From the human T2T-CHM13v2.0 reference genome, Homo sapiens: 64,000 nucleotides of DNA. The notes below the pieces were generated by a model. The model saw only the letters and a program-made list of their open reading frames with translations. It did not search any database and had not been told where the DNA came from. Each line of letters begins with the position of its first letter. Within the stretch, counting starts at the first letter, position 1. The position numbers and the translations under genes are program-made. The stretch lies in NCBI RefSeq assembly GCF_009914755.1, contig NC_060929.1, one strand, 5' to 3'. Below are positions 1-29,293 of this stretch, piece by piece.

Positions 1-2749
1 TCCTGGTGGCTCGGTGCCCACAGTCCACGCAGCAGGACGCTCCAGGCCTCTGCCAGGCGAGTCTCTGAAAACCTATGTGGCCTACAAGGCCTTCTGTTTC
101 CAAGTCTCCAAGTTTAAGAAGCCTGACCGAACTCCCTCTACACTCAGGCAGCTCTTCCATTCCTTGATCCTTGGTGGCTTCACAGACCCCAGAGTTGCGT
201 GGGATGGCCTCACCCCACCAGCAGCCCTGTGCATGATCAAGGTCATGATCAGGCAAAGTTCAGTCACCTCAGGGCACACCCCTTTCCGAAACGGGCAGGA
301 GGTCGAAGTGCCAAGTGACCAGGGAAGAGGAAGGGGTGGACCTGGGCAGGAGGGAAAGGTTTAAGGAGCAGGGAGCCAGGTAGATCTTCCCTGAGGCATC
401 TCTTACCCAAGAAGCCAGCCCCCACCCTCCACACCCTGCCTCTCTGGGGCTAAAGGCTGAGGCAAAGCGGAGCCTCTGGACAGCCCCTGGCGGGAGGGAA
501 AGGGGAGTCAGATTACTGGCTCTGCCAGGCTCCACGCTGGGCTCAGGGGCTCGGTTACCCTGGAAACCTAACCCCTTGAATGCAGAGCTGGCTATCCCCA
601 GGGCTCACCCATTGCTGGGTGACACCAGGTGTAGGCAGCACTCGCCCACAGGGATGGGACTGGAGGTGCAGAGGCCTAGAGAGCCATCAGGAATGGGTTC
701 AGAGCCACCTGCACCTGCAGGTGCGCCTCCCTCCTGCCTAGATGCCAGTCCCCGCTTGCCTACTTACAGCCACTGCCCACCCCCACCCCCGAGCCCCACC
801 CTGGCTTTCTCTGTCCCACACGACTGCCTCAGATGGACAGGCTGGGTGGGCAGTGGTGGGTGATGCTGCCTGAATCACCCTGGCAACAGCCTGCGCCTTA
901 CCCTCGCTTCCTTCCTAGGGGCCTCCCCTCTCCCCCGGGTCCTGTTTACCAGGAGATAAAGGGCCCCACGGGCTCCCGCCCACACCAACCCTTCTGTCAT
1001 TTCCCTACACACTGCAGGCCCTGGCCCTGGGCAGCCTCCCCCGCCTGCCAGCTCCTCCACCCGCCTTGCCCTCAGCTTCTCTGACTGTGGGTCCAACTCT
1101 GTGACTGCCTCCCCATGGGCCAGGCCCTATGCCAGGGCTCTGCCAAGCCATGCTGGCACCCTATAACCCTCGGGAGCTGGGGAGGCAGCTCAGGTGAGGA
1201 GAGGGACCAGCCTGGGAGCCCCTGCCACACTTTCTTGCCTCAGGACCACGTTGTTAAGAGCAGCAGCAATGAGGCCTGGAGGCTGTGTCACCCTCCCCTG
1301 GAGGCGAGTCATTAGGACATCCTGGGGCCCACAAACCACAGTTCCCCCTGCTTCCCTCTTGGTTGGGGAAAGATTAAAGAGCCAAGCTGGGGCACAACCT
1401 TTGTGCCTTGTACTCAGGGAAAAGGGACAGGCTCAGAGGGGCATAGGCAGATATCAGGCCCGTTAACGGTCTGCTGTCACCATGCATGTGTGTGGCAGGT
1501 GTCTGCCTCCTCTCCAGACCCTGCAACCTCCTAGGAGTAAGGGTGTCCATCATTGCTGAAGTCCAGGCCTGGGGAGGCGGACAGCCTGAAGGCTGGGAGC
1601 GCTGCATGGCTGAGACCCCGGGCTGCCCCCAAGGGTCTGCCTCCCTGGGCAGATCCTCAGCAGGTGCTTGACCGAGGGCCACAGTTTGAGCGCTGGCAGA
1701 GCTGCTGCACGGGCTAGATAGGAAATTGGGCCCCAAACCCTTCTCCAGGGTCCATTTTGCGTTGGTCTAAGAGGCCGTCCTGGGCTTGACCTTGCGTTTC
1801 CAGGATGATGCCCACACCTGCTGCCCTTCCTCTCTGGTTCCCTGCCCACCTCCTTCCTTCCCTGCAGATTCCACTTCCTGGGTCCTTCCCTCAAGTTCCT
1901 GGACCCCCGCTGGCTGCAAAGTGGAGGCCAGGTTCCAATCTGGCCTCCGACTGGCTACGTCTGGTTTCACCAGGGGTTTAAGACAGATTTTCTACATGTG
2001 ACAACGAGATGGGTTCACATAAGAGCCCAGATTCCCAGCTTCTCTTGAGGCCTCCAAAGACCTGGTACTACTGGGTCACCACAGAAACAGTGACAGCCCC
2101 TCGACAAGGGAGGCCTATGTCACCCCATACTCATACCTCACAGGATCCTTAGGCTTCTATCCCCTAGGGGCTGGGCTCGTGAATCTAAGTGCTCCCCTTC
2201 TTTGCTCTCCTGTTCCCCAGGCCCTCAGAGAGCCAGCCTCCTGGATGCCCCCCAGACACAGTGGGTGCCATGGAGCCAGTGCCTCTCCCTCACTCTGCTG
2301 TCCTGGAGCCTGGCTCCCTGTGGTAAGCCAGGCTTGCAGAGGTGGCTCCTGACATCAATCCGCGGGCATGTGGCTGCTGCGGGAGGCACACACTGGCTCA
2401 GGACAAAGGGCAAGGGCTCACGGCTCTACCCACGACTCAAAGAGCATGCCCCAGCCCTTCAGATATGGCCCCACCTAGGCCTTCATGCCAGTGTGCTTTT
2501 ATAGTCACCCTGCCAAGGACCCAGAATGTCCTTCCCCAGGTGACACACCCTACCTACAGAGAATTCTGCCCCAGCCATGCCTGCCCTTGATAATATACCC
2601 CGCCAGCACGGCCTCTGCCCAGCCATCCCTCCCGTGTCAGGCAGGCTCCCCGCAGAGTCCCTGGGTGATGCCTCTCTGGCCCTGGAGCCCCAAGGCCAGC
2701 CCAGGCCTCTGCTCTGGCAGAACAAGTGCGGCAGGCGGGCGTGCTGGCA

Positions 2750-5145
<2,396 letters not shown>

Positions 5146-5731
5146 CCATTTGCGTTCTAATTTCAGGCGTTCCTCAATCCTCTGTGGAACCAGGAAGGGC
5201 GCAAATTATAAAGGGACTGGCCCAGCGCCGCCTCTGGGCAGGCTTTGGGCAGCGCCTGGCCCGCTGCCGGCTTGGACCTCCCAGACCTAGGGGCCCGGTT
5301 CCTGGTGGAGGCTGCAGGGACCTCTGCCCCACCCGCCCGGGGGAGGCCCGAGGGGCTGGACTCAGACTGAGATTGAATGCGGCTTTGTCTTCCTAGTTCA
5401 GCCCCGGCCCACACCTGGGGCTGAGTGGAATCGGGAGCTTCGAGGGGTCTGGACAGAGAGATTGATGCCAAGAAGGGGGTGGCCGAGCCAGAGGTTGAAG
5501 TGGGCTGGATCCTGAGGCCCCCTGTTAAAGGAGAGGGCTCCCCACTCAGTGCTCCTGGAACTTTCCGAACTAGAGACTGGGACTTATAGGAGCCTTCTAG
5601 AGGAAACTGTCGTGTTTTCACAGGTGTCTTCTATTTGTGGCAAAGGATAATGGCTTTTCACTTAGGTTGTGACATAAAGGGCCTTAGAAATTGTTAATGA
5701 GTTACTTAATGTTAAAACTTAGTCACCCAGA

Positions 5732-7281
<1,550 letters not shown>

Positions 7282-7293
7282 AACAATTTTTTT

Positions 7294-8092
7294 TTAATTT
7301 AAATTTAAATTTTTATTTTTTAATTTTTTATTTTACTTTAAGTTCTAGGGTACATGTGCACAATTTGCAGGTTTGTTACATATGTATACATGTGCCCGGT
7401 TGGTATGCTGCACCCATTAACTCATCATTTACATTAGATATATCTCCTAATGCTATCCCTCCCCTCTTCCCCCACCCCACGACAGGCCCCAGTGTGTGAC
7501 GTTCCCCACCCTGTGTCCAAGTGTTCTCATTGTTCAATTCCCACCTATGAGTGAGAACATGCGGTGTTTGGTTTTCTGTCCTTGTGATAGTTTGCTCAGA
7601 ATGGTTTCCAGCTTCATCCGTGTCCCTACAAAGGACATGAACTCATTCTTTTTTATGGCTGCATAGTATTCCATGGTGTATATGTGCCACATTTTCTTAA
7701 TCCAGTCTATCATTGATGGACATTTGGGTTGGTTCCAAGTCTTTGCTATTGTGAATAGTGCCGCAATAAACATACGTGTGCATGTGTCTTTATAGCAGCA
7801 TGATTTATAATCCTTTGGGTATATACCCAGTAATGGGATTGCTGGGTCAAATGGCATTTCTAGTTCTAGATCCCTGAGGAATCGCTACACTGACTTCCAC
7901 AATGGTTGAACTAGTTTACAGTCCCACCAACAGTGTAAAAGCATTCCTATTTCTCCACATCCTCTCCAGCACCTGTTGTTTCCTGGGTTTTTAATGATTG
8001 GCATTCTAACTGGTGTGAGATGCTATCTCAATGTGGTTTTGATTTGCATTTCTCTGATGGCCAGTGATGCTGAGCATTTTTTCATGTGTCTG
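7294..8092 (-). mobile_element. L1PA 3' fragment (5'-truncated; ORF2 C-terminus and 3' UTR)
   Basis: ORF 7534-7857 gives L1 ORF2 C-terminal residues (PFDPAIPLLGIYPKDYKSCCYKDTCTRMFIAALFTIAKTWNQPKCP...); flanked by TSD CGGGCCAACAATTTTTTT at 7276 and 8093. Confidence 0.93.
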
Positions 8093-8166
8093 CGGGCCAA
8101 CAATTTTTTTAAGGAAAAAAAAAAAGTGACTCAGTTGGGCACTGTGGCCTACGCCTGTAATCCAAG

Positions 8167-9315
<1,149 letters not shown>

Positions 9316-9564
9316 CCCCTCCATGAAGAAAGTTTTTCTAAATGAAAAATGTTTAGGACGCTCAGGAGAGAAAGAACAGATTAAGGAATGATCTCCACCG
9401 CACAGACCTCAAGGCTGTTATGCATGCAGGGCACAGTTCCAGTGCAAATGTCCGCAGGCACGGCATGAGGGCCCCCACTGGGTGCCTCGGGCTCCTTCCA
9501 GGGCAGCAGTTGAAGCGGGTCGTACTGCAGGCCTGCAGAAAGGCTGGGGTTCCTCTCCTTTTCG

Positions 9565-9630
9565 GGTTCCTTCCTGATGGAATCCTAGGTTTTCAGCGGT
9601 TCCTTCCTGATGGAATCCTAGGTTTTCAGC
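9565..9630. repeat. Perfect 33-bp tandem duplication
   Basis: GGTTCCTTCCTGATGGAATCCTAGGTTTTCAGC x2. Confidence 0.95.
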
Positions 9631-11019
9631 AGCTTCCGGAGGCCGCCTGGACTGCAGAAGGCGCCCTGGGCGTGTGTACTTCCACCTCCGCAGGCGCTGG
9701 CATCTCCAGGCTGCTTCAGGCCGCTTTGGACCTCACCATCGGTAGCATCTGCGTCTTCTTGAGGTGACTGGAGCCCGTCTATGGTTTCAGCCATTGACTT
9801 CTGGACATGGAAGTGTCGAGGCCATTTTTGGCCCCTCTCATATCCGGGAAGGGCTCCGTGCCCAGTAGAGGTGCAGTGCAGCAGCCAGCTCGCAGCAGTG
9901 CTCCCGTAGAGCTGATGGCATTGGCAGGAGTGGCGGCTCAGCACAGGGAAGTTCTCCAGTGCCCAGGCCCAGGCTTGCTCTCGGTTTAGGTCCCATGGCA
10001 CGTGGGGCTCTGGACCTGCCTGCCTCCAAGACAGCTCTTCCAAGGTTGAGGGTTGGAACTCCACAGCCTCAGCCTCCCAAAGCTTGACCAGGCCCAGCCA
10101 TAGCTAGTCTAGGAAAAGAGCAAATGGCCGTGTTTTTATATTTTGACTTTTGCATTTCAATATTAATTTTTTTGGTAATGTAATGCATTCAAAACATGGT
10201 CCCCCCCCCCCAAAAAAAAAAGAAAAGAAAAAGAAAAAAGCATGTTTCTAACCAGGGGTCCTTCATCTTCTGCAGATGCCAAGGGTGTCCCTGGCACAGT
10301 AAAAGTTTGGAAGCCCTGCCCTAAAGCCTCACCTCACCTGGCAGCTGGGTGTTTCATTCATAGCAAATGTTCTGTATATTCACCATGTACCAAACACACA
10401 TGTCACTAATGATACAAACACATGTGCACTGACATTGACCTCCTCACTGTCTTACTATAGTCCCATCCACAGCCACCTTATCAGAGTCCATGGGACTCTG
10501 ACAACTTGTAATGGGAAAATTAACCGTGCCTGTAGGGGCCGCCTGGGTAGCGGGAGGTGGTTCATGAGTACCAGGAAAGCTGGCCCTGGGGCAGACCTGG
10601 GCAGGGCAGAGCACAGCTTGCAGGACCTAGTACACAGTGTTGGGAATTGAATTTGGGTTTTGACCTTTGAAGCTGTGCATAAAGTCTAAAACAAGAAGAG
10701 GAGTGGAGGCTGAGGTTGTATTTGTATTTTAAAATGAGCATTTGCCACACAAAGCCAGGAGCTTCAGACCAGCGTGGTTAACACAGCGAGACCCTCCTCT
10801 CTGTGAGAAATTAAAAAAAAAACAATAATAAAAGCCAGGCATGTTGGCATGTACCTGTAGTCCTAGCTGCTCAGGGGGTGAGGCGGGAGGATCACTTGAC
10901 TCCTGGGTTACAGTGAGCTCTAATTGCCACTGCACTTCAGCCTGGGCCACAGAGTGAGACCTTTTCTCAAAATAAAATAAAATATAACCTTTTGGGCAGG
11001 CATGGAAAGGGGCTGGAGA

Positions 11020-11461
11020 GAATAAGAGGAAACAGAGATAAGCCCCCTCCCTGGGAGCACAAGGGACTCATCCCCAGACATGGCACCACAGGCAAACAGA
11101 CACTGTCACAAAACTAGCATATTATCTTTCCTAGAAGTCCTTTGTTTTCCCCAAGTGCCCTTTCCCCCAACCTTTTGTTGGTTTACGAGCTCTCAATTCT
11201 AACCTCCTAGTACACGAATAAAAATGTCTATCGGGGTGGTGGCGTGAGCCTGTAGTCCCAGGTACTTGAGAGGCAGAGGTGGGAGGATCCTCTGACCATA
11301 AGAGTTCCTGACCAGCCTGTGCAATACTGACTCCATCTCAAACAAAAAACAGAAAGCTATACAACTCCGTTTCTCTTGCTAATTTGTCTTTTGTCAGTTT
11401 AATTTGCAGGCCCCAGATGCTGAATCTAAGAGGGCAGAGGAAAAGCTTTTCCTCCCTGACA
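11020..11461 (+). mobile_element. ERV1 LTR remnant (MER34/MER39-like) with an Alu fragment inside
   Basis: Ends TTGTCTTTTGTCAGTTTAATTTGCAGGCCCCAG...AGAGGAAAAGCTTTTCCTCCCTGACA, resembling the MER34/39 3' end from memory. Confidence 0.5.
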
Positions 11462-11989
11462 TAACCATCCAGGAGAAAGTCTGGAATGGAGGGTCAGAGG
11501 GGTAGGGAATGGAGTTAGGAGAAGTAGATAGATTCAGGACAGTCTTTGGAGAATGTACATCACTGAGGTCAAGATGTCCTAGGGAATGGCCCTTCTGGGT
11601 TCACAATTCTGCTTCCGTCGGTTAACAGCAACTTAGTCCCTTCTATGCCTGTGGGGATAATCAGTCAGGATAGGCTGGATTATGCTGCTCTAACAACCCC
11701 AAATTTCTCTGATCTAATAAAAGTATACTCAAAGCTGTATACCCTTCAAGGGTCCCCTGGGGTCTCTGCTCATTGTAGTTCCTGCCCTGGCTACAGGCAT
11801 AACCATGTGGAAATCAAAGGCTTTCTTGGCAAAGAGAAAGAGAGCTCTAGAAGCTTTAGCACTGGCAAATAAATAAATGCTTGGCGTATAGGTGATATAT
11901 GGCTCTTCTGGCTCAGGTCCTTGGCCAGAATTAATCACATGGTCTCACCTCAAGGGAACAGGTGAGTTAAATGCAGAAAAATATTCAAG

Positions 11990-15279
<3,290 letters not shown>

Positions 15280-16794
15280 CTAGGGAGTGGTCAAGGAAGG
15301 CCCCGCTGAGGAGGAGACATTTAGGGTGGGAAGTTGCCATGTAGGGCAGGAGTGGAAAGGGTTTTGGACCAGAGGGAGAGCCAGGGAAAAGTCACCAGGT
15401 AGAATGAGCTGGCATGATTAGGAAGATGGCAAGGGAGGGCTGTGGCCCTCCCATGTGAGTGGAAGGGAGTGGCTGCAGCGCAGAAGGCCTGGAGGCCCCC
15501 GCACAGACCAGGACCTCTGTAGAGGAACTCATCCCCTGTGTCCCCTGTGATTGTCAATCTCCCTAAAGATGGCCCAGAGCAGTGCGGCCTGAATCCCTCA
15601 GTGGCCTTGTCTCTGGCTGCCCCAGCACCCACGCGGACACTTGACTCCACGCCCCAAAGAAAAGAAGCGAACCTGGGAACACCACTGCCAAGGCATAGGA
15701 TTATTTGGGAGGGGGGAAGGGGGAACTGAGGAGGTGGTTACAACATGCTGGGCAGCAACAGACAGAACCAGACCACCCCTGTGGCTGCCCCGGCTGGTCT
15801 CCTGGGACCACTGGGCGCTTGGCTCAGGCCTCTCCTGCCCTCCCCACTCTTCCACCTCAGCCCCCCTGCAGTCTCTGTCCTGCCCTGACCCCCCAGCTTA
15901 CAGCCCCAAAAGCAGCTAAACAACTCGCACACCCACGGGGCATCGCCTGGGAGGGCAGCCCAAATCCTTCCACTTCAGCCCCATTTGAAAGATGAGGAAA
16001 TGAGAGGCTGGTCCATAGTGGGTCTCGCGGCTCAGGTGCCGAGCCTTCCCTGGGCATGCACGCCGGGCCCTGGAGGGTGGGAAGGGGCCAGTGGACGCGG
16101 GGAGCCTGCGGGGTGGGACTGCATCGGGAAAGGGGAAGGAGTCAGAGGCGAGAAGGGGGAGAGTGTCTGTTTGGCTCCAGCCGCTGCACGCTCTTCCTGC
16201 TCAGGGGACTCACGGTGACCCCGGAGCCACTCCCCAGCCCAGCCTCCAGGTAAGAGGTCACTGAGATGGGTGGCAGCAGGGGCCGGGGATCCCCCTATTA
16301 CGACAGCGGTCATGGGACGCTGACTCACTGCCGGCCAGACCACCTGACCTCCGCGGCGGGAGGAGAGGGCCCTGCCAGGGGGTTCCCGCCGCGCCTTGTT
16401 TACCTCCGGGAGGCCTCGGCCTCGCGTGGGGGCAGGGCGGCCGCTGGGGCCGCAAGGCGTGCGGGGAAGGGCCAGAGCCGGGTGTCCACCCCAGCTTCCC
16501 AAAGACTCCCTCTTCTGTGCTTCCTTCTCCCCTCCCCGCCCCCCCCCAGTCTCTTCACATGCCCCTAGCCCCCGCGGAAACTTCCCGCGATCCCAAACGG
16601 GCCAAATGGCGAGAAAGCAAAGGAGCTCCTTCTTGGGGGTGAGTGGGGCGCCTTGAGCGCTTCCTCAAAGCTATGTTCCCAGAGCCACAGGCCTTCCTTG
16701 TGTCCCTCACCCTGCTCAGACCGGGCCATAGCCGGGGGCTGGGGCAGGAAAGCCGGCCCTCGGCGGGGGCCACGTGGCTCTCAGGCGCCTGGGC

Positions 16795-16805
16795 TGCTGA
16801 GTCAC
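16795..16805. promoter_or_regulatory. Antioxidant response element (NRF2/sMAF), distal SQSTM1 ARE
   Basis: TGCTGAGTCAC is a perfect ARE/AP-1 site about 1.35 kb upstream of the ATG; CACGTG E-box at 16771-16776. Confidence 0.85.
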
Positions 16806-17762
16806 GCTTGGCCAGCACCTGTCTGTAGGCCACAGCCTCTGCCAGCACGCCCCTCTGTGTCCCCTGCCCCTGTCTGCAAGGCAGTGGCTCCAGCAGGCCC
16901 TGGGGCATTTTCCACTCTCCACCGCCGGATGCAGGGAGAGGCCTGAACCCTCTCCACAGGGCTGCTCTGGGCAGGGTGGAAGCCTTGCCCACTTCGGAGC
17001 CCTCCGGGAAGGATCATTCACACCTGTGGACCAGCCCCTGCTGTGCGCACACCCACACATCACCTTCGCACCTGACTGGCCCCATCCAGCCACTCTTGCC
17101 TCCCTCTGGGTTTCCTCCCCTGGGAGGTTTCTCCAGCTCCTGCAAGCCCTGGGCTGAAATGGCATGAGTTGGACCCAGCAGGTTCTGACCTCCTACTCAC
17201 AGGACCTTGCCTGGGAGGCTCCAGAGGGTGACCACTCGTCCTGCCCCTCTCCTTGCCCCAGTTCTGGCGGACAGGTTACTCTGGTGGCATAAAGCAGTGT
17301 TTCTTCCTTCCTAGCTGAGGAGGCTGTTGGCTGACCCCCTTGGCTGCCCACAAGGCCAACGGGCCTGAGCCCCCACAGGGCCATGGGCATTACCTGCTGA
17401 ATTGAGGAGCCCATAAGGAGTCACTTGGACCACAGTGAACACTTGGCGACCACTGACACTCAGGAGACCTTAGCTGGTCCTCCAGCACCTCTCAACTCCA
17501 CTCCTACTAAACTGGGAACTTCTCTGGTGCTCAGGCCAGAGTCGGGGTCCGTCACCGAGTATGCTATGCGCTGCCCATCACCGAGGATGCCATGCGCTGT
17601 AAGAGGGCTGCCACCGCGGCAGGCTGACCATGGCAGGGTCGGAACAGCAACCTGAGAGCCAGCTTGTTCTGGCCAGCAGTGCCCACTGGGCGACCTAGCA
17701 GCCTCCTGATATGGGGGCTGTGTCCCCCTCTCCCTGCACTGGGTACCCCCAACTGAGGATAT

Positions 17763-17773
17763 TGCTGAGTCAT
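17763..17773. promoter_or_regulatory. Proximal ARE/AP-1 site
   Basis: TGCTGAGTCAT about 380 bp upstream of the ATG. Confidence 0.7.
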
Positions 17774-17899
17774 GGCCAGGCCCAAGCCTGGGAGGGGCGA
17801 GGGGCTGGACCCCCGCCAGTACCCTGATCCCAGGTGCAGAGGCTGGAGCCCAGGCCTGTATGAGTGCCAGGGCCGGTTTCCTGGGGTCCTTGGTGCACC

Positions 17900-18960
<1,061 letters not shown>

Positions 18961-20013
18961 TTCTTCAGAAGTGTTGGTGTTGGCCCAGAAGCCCTGTTTC
19001 CTGCTGCGCTGGTGTGACCAGTGGCTGCTGGGGGTGGGGTTAGGGAGGTGGTTGTGGCCAGGAGGGCGGGAGGTGGCCAAGGCCGGCCCCTGGGAGGGTG
19101 CAGTGCTAGGACCTCCCTCTGGAGCGCTGCCAGCATACCAGGCCCTCTCCTATTCTTAAAAAAAAAAAATTGTGATGTTATTGAGCTGTAACTGAAATAA
19201 GGGTTCACCCATTTAGTGTACAAGTCAGTGGTTTTCACTATTTTCATAGGTTTGTGGACCATATTCAGTGTGAGAGCTTTTCATCACCTTATAAACGCCA
19301 TACATACCTTTTATCACCCTCTTATCCACATGCCCCCAGCAACCTCCTTTCTGTATCTATTCATCTTGCAATCCTGGACATTTCATGTAAATAGAATCAG
19401 ACAATGTAGTCTTGCAAGTGGTTTCTTTCACTTAGTGTAATGTGTTCAGTGTTGTGGCACATATCAGAACTAGTTTTTTTTGGAGGAATAATATTCTGTT
19501 GTGTGGACAGGCCATGTTTTGTTTACCTGTTCATTAGTTGACAGACATTTGGGTTGTTTGCATCTTTGGGTGCCTCACCTGTGCCCTCGGTGGATGGCGT
19601 GGTTTGGTCTGCACAGCTGTGCTTTAAAGCCATTTCAGCTCACATGTATCTGTCACAAATGGAGACTACATACAAATACGTGTCTTTCAGCTTTGTTAGG
19701 GAAGGAAGCAGGCAGATGCCCTTGTCTTCTCCTTTACTCCCAAGCCACTAGAAGTCTAAGGCCTTTGTGGGGCTGGGCCCCTCAGGAGCAGGTCACAGGC
19801 AGGGATCTCCCACAGTTGAAGACGGACATGGGCCTGGTCGGATGGGGAATGAGGTGGCACGTTTCTGAAAAGGCAGCTGGCCCAAGGCTAAATAAGTGCA
19901 GCAGCCAAAGCTGCTGCCCCTGTGCACAGGCCCTCCGCCCCCTGCATGTGGCTGTGGTCCAGGGCCCAGGTCGGAGCACTCACCTTCCAGGAGGTGCCAG
20001 AGCAAGGGGGTAG

Positions 20014-20325
<312 letters not shown>

Positions 20326-20396
20326 TAAAAAACAGGGCTCGATGTTCCACCAATGAAGGGGTCAGCAATTTGAGGGCTGTTTAAGACAGAGACATA

Positions 20397-20654
20397 GGCC
20401 AGGTGTGGCTCACGCCTGTAATTCCAGCACTTTGGGAGGCCGAGGCGGGCAGGTCACCTGAGGTCAGGAGTTTAAGAACAGCCTGGCCAACATGGTGAAA
20501 CCTTGTCGCTACTAAAAATACAAAAATTAGCCGGGTGTGGTGGTACATGCTTCTAGTCCCAGCTACTCAGGAGGCTGAGACGAGAATCACTTAAACCTGG
20601 AAAGCGGAGGTTGCCATGAGCCGAAGTCACATGACTGTACTCCAGCCTAGGCGA

Positions 20655-20686
<32 letters not shown>
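20397..20686 (+). mobile_element. Alu (AluS-like) in SQSTM1 intron 2
   Basis: Alu consensus with a long A tail. Confidence 0.9.
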
Positions 20687-20687
<1 letters not shown>

Positions 20688-20736
20688 CATTTTAAGTGCT
20701 GTGCTTGACCTGAGAAAGAGGAGTCCATGTTCACTC

Positions 20737-20802
20737 TAGGGATGGGGTCTGGTGCCGTGGTGCTTGGGTTAGGGATGGGGTCTGGTGCCGTGGTGCTTGG
20801 GT
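20737..20802. repeat. Perfect 33-bp tandem duplication in SQSTM1 intron 2
   Basis: TAGGGATGGGGTCTGGTGCCGTGGTGCTTGGGT x2. Confidence 0.95.
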
Positions 20803-21001
20803 GAAGGGCAAGGCCAAAGCTGTGCAGACAGGGCTCCTTGCTGCTGCTCTGCTGCCTGGGCCAAACAGACACAGGGACTGGGAACCTCCTAGCAGGTTCT
20901 TGGTGGCTCTGCTGCCCTCACCTAAGTGGCTGAATTTTGTGTGGATTCCATGCTGGAGAGCAGGGCCGGGGGCCTTGCTGGCAGTGACAGCCCCACAGTG
21001 A

Positions 21002-21554
<553 letters not shown>

Positions 21555-22316
21555 TGATTGGTGACAGTAGTCAGGCAGCCTGTGTGCAGGGCCCTTGTGC
21601 AAAGCGTGTGTGCAAGGCAAGAATTCAGGATACCCCCCACCTTCCTGGTGCCCTACAATCACACAAGAACCCTGCAAAGGGGGGTGTATTCTCTCCATTT
21701 CCCAAATGGGGAAACTGAGGTGCCTAAGTGCCTGAGGCCACAAATTTACCTGCACAGCCCTTCCTACCTCAGGAGGCTGCCCTCTCAAGGTACCCTGAGG
21801 TGCAGGCAGGGAGGCCCTTCCAGCCCAGGGGTCTTTGATGCACTTTGTTCTCTTTTGTGATGGTTGTCAGGAAGATCAGAGCCAAAGTTGCTGAAGTCCT
21901 TTGAAACATAGTTATAAGTGAAAGACTTACCGTTAGCTTTGTAGTCTAGATTTTTGGATTCTGATTTTATTAATGTTACTGTGTCCTGTGAATCACCTCA
22001 CCCTTTGGGACAAAGATGGGGATGTTTGCTTGACTTTGAGTAAATAACATATTTACTCAAGGAGGTGATCAATATTCACAGTGTACTGAGCCTGAGCCTC
22101 TGTGGGGTTGCTGAGCACCAGGGTCACAGATGAGGGGGAGATGGCACGGGAGAGTGGAGATGCTCTCTGTGCAGGGCCAGGGGGTGCAGAGTGGGAGGAA
22201 GGAGAGGGGGATGCTGAGTGGGTCACTGGACAAGATGTCCGGGTTAAAGGTCACCCGGGAACACAGGGACCTTGGCAAGAAGGTGACAGGACTGTGACAG
22301 GTATCCAAGGCATTAA

Positions 22317-22598
<282 letters not shown>

Positions 22599-23292
22599 TG
22601 AATTCCCTGACAAAATTCTCGAGCTTTCTACATGGAGTGAAGTCGAATCAGCTGGCATTTGGTTGGGATAATCCCAGTGAGGGAGGGTGACCAGACTGTG
22701 GTTGCAGGTCTTGCCTGTCACCTCTGACTGCCCTCCTTTGGGTGAACAATAGTCTGCAATTTCCCCTAAGCCAGGCCTTGGGATTTGGACTTTTGAGGAC
22801 CTGGGTAGTAGTTAGTTGACATGCTATTTATCTTTTCCTTCTTTTAGTTTACAACCCCCAAACCTTTCTGGTGCTTCTGAGTGCTGGGCCTGCCTCAGAG
22901 CGGGGAGAAGGTGGAGGCAGGTGCTCTGGGTGACACCCGGTTCTGGTGCCTCAGGTTGCACAGTGGGTCTGTGGGGTGGGTGAAGGTGCCACCTGACCCC
23001 AGGCATGAGCTCAGGCTCTGAGACCCCTCCCTGCTGGGCTTTAGAAAGTGCCTGTTGCGTCTGGCTAAGGGTCTCGGGTGGGTGCTGCAGGGTTAGGCAT
23101 GCGGCAGTGAGAATCAGTGAATGAAGCCAACTTCTAGTTCAAGATGACGGTGGATCTGTGATGGCAGATGGATCGCTGGGACACCTGCATCTCTCGCTAG
23201 ACGAGTGAGCTTGTTTTTGTGACTGCAGTGGCAGGCTGTGTCCACCCAGCCTGTCCAAAGGTTGTGTTCAGTGTCTGAAAGAATGCTGCTAG

Positions 23293-29293
<6,001 letters not shown>

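Noticed and set aside
7534-7857. 107-aa ORF as an independent gene
   Set aside because: It is the C-terminus of L1 ORF2 in a 5'-truncated element.
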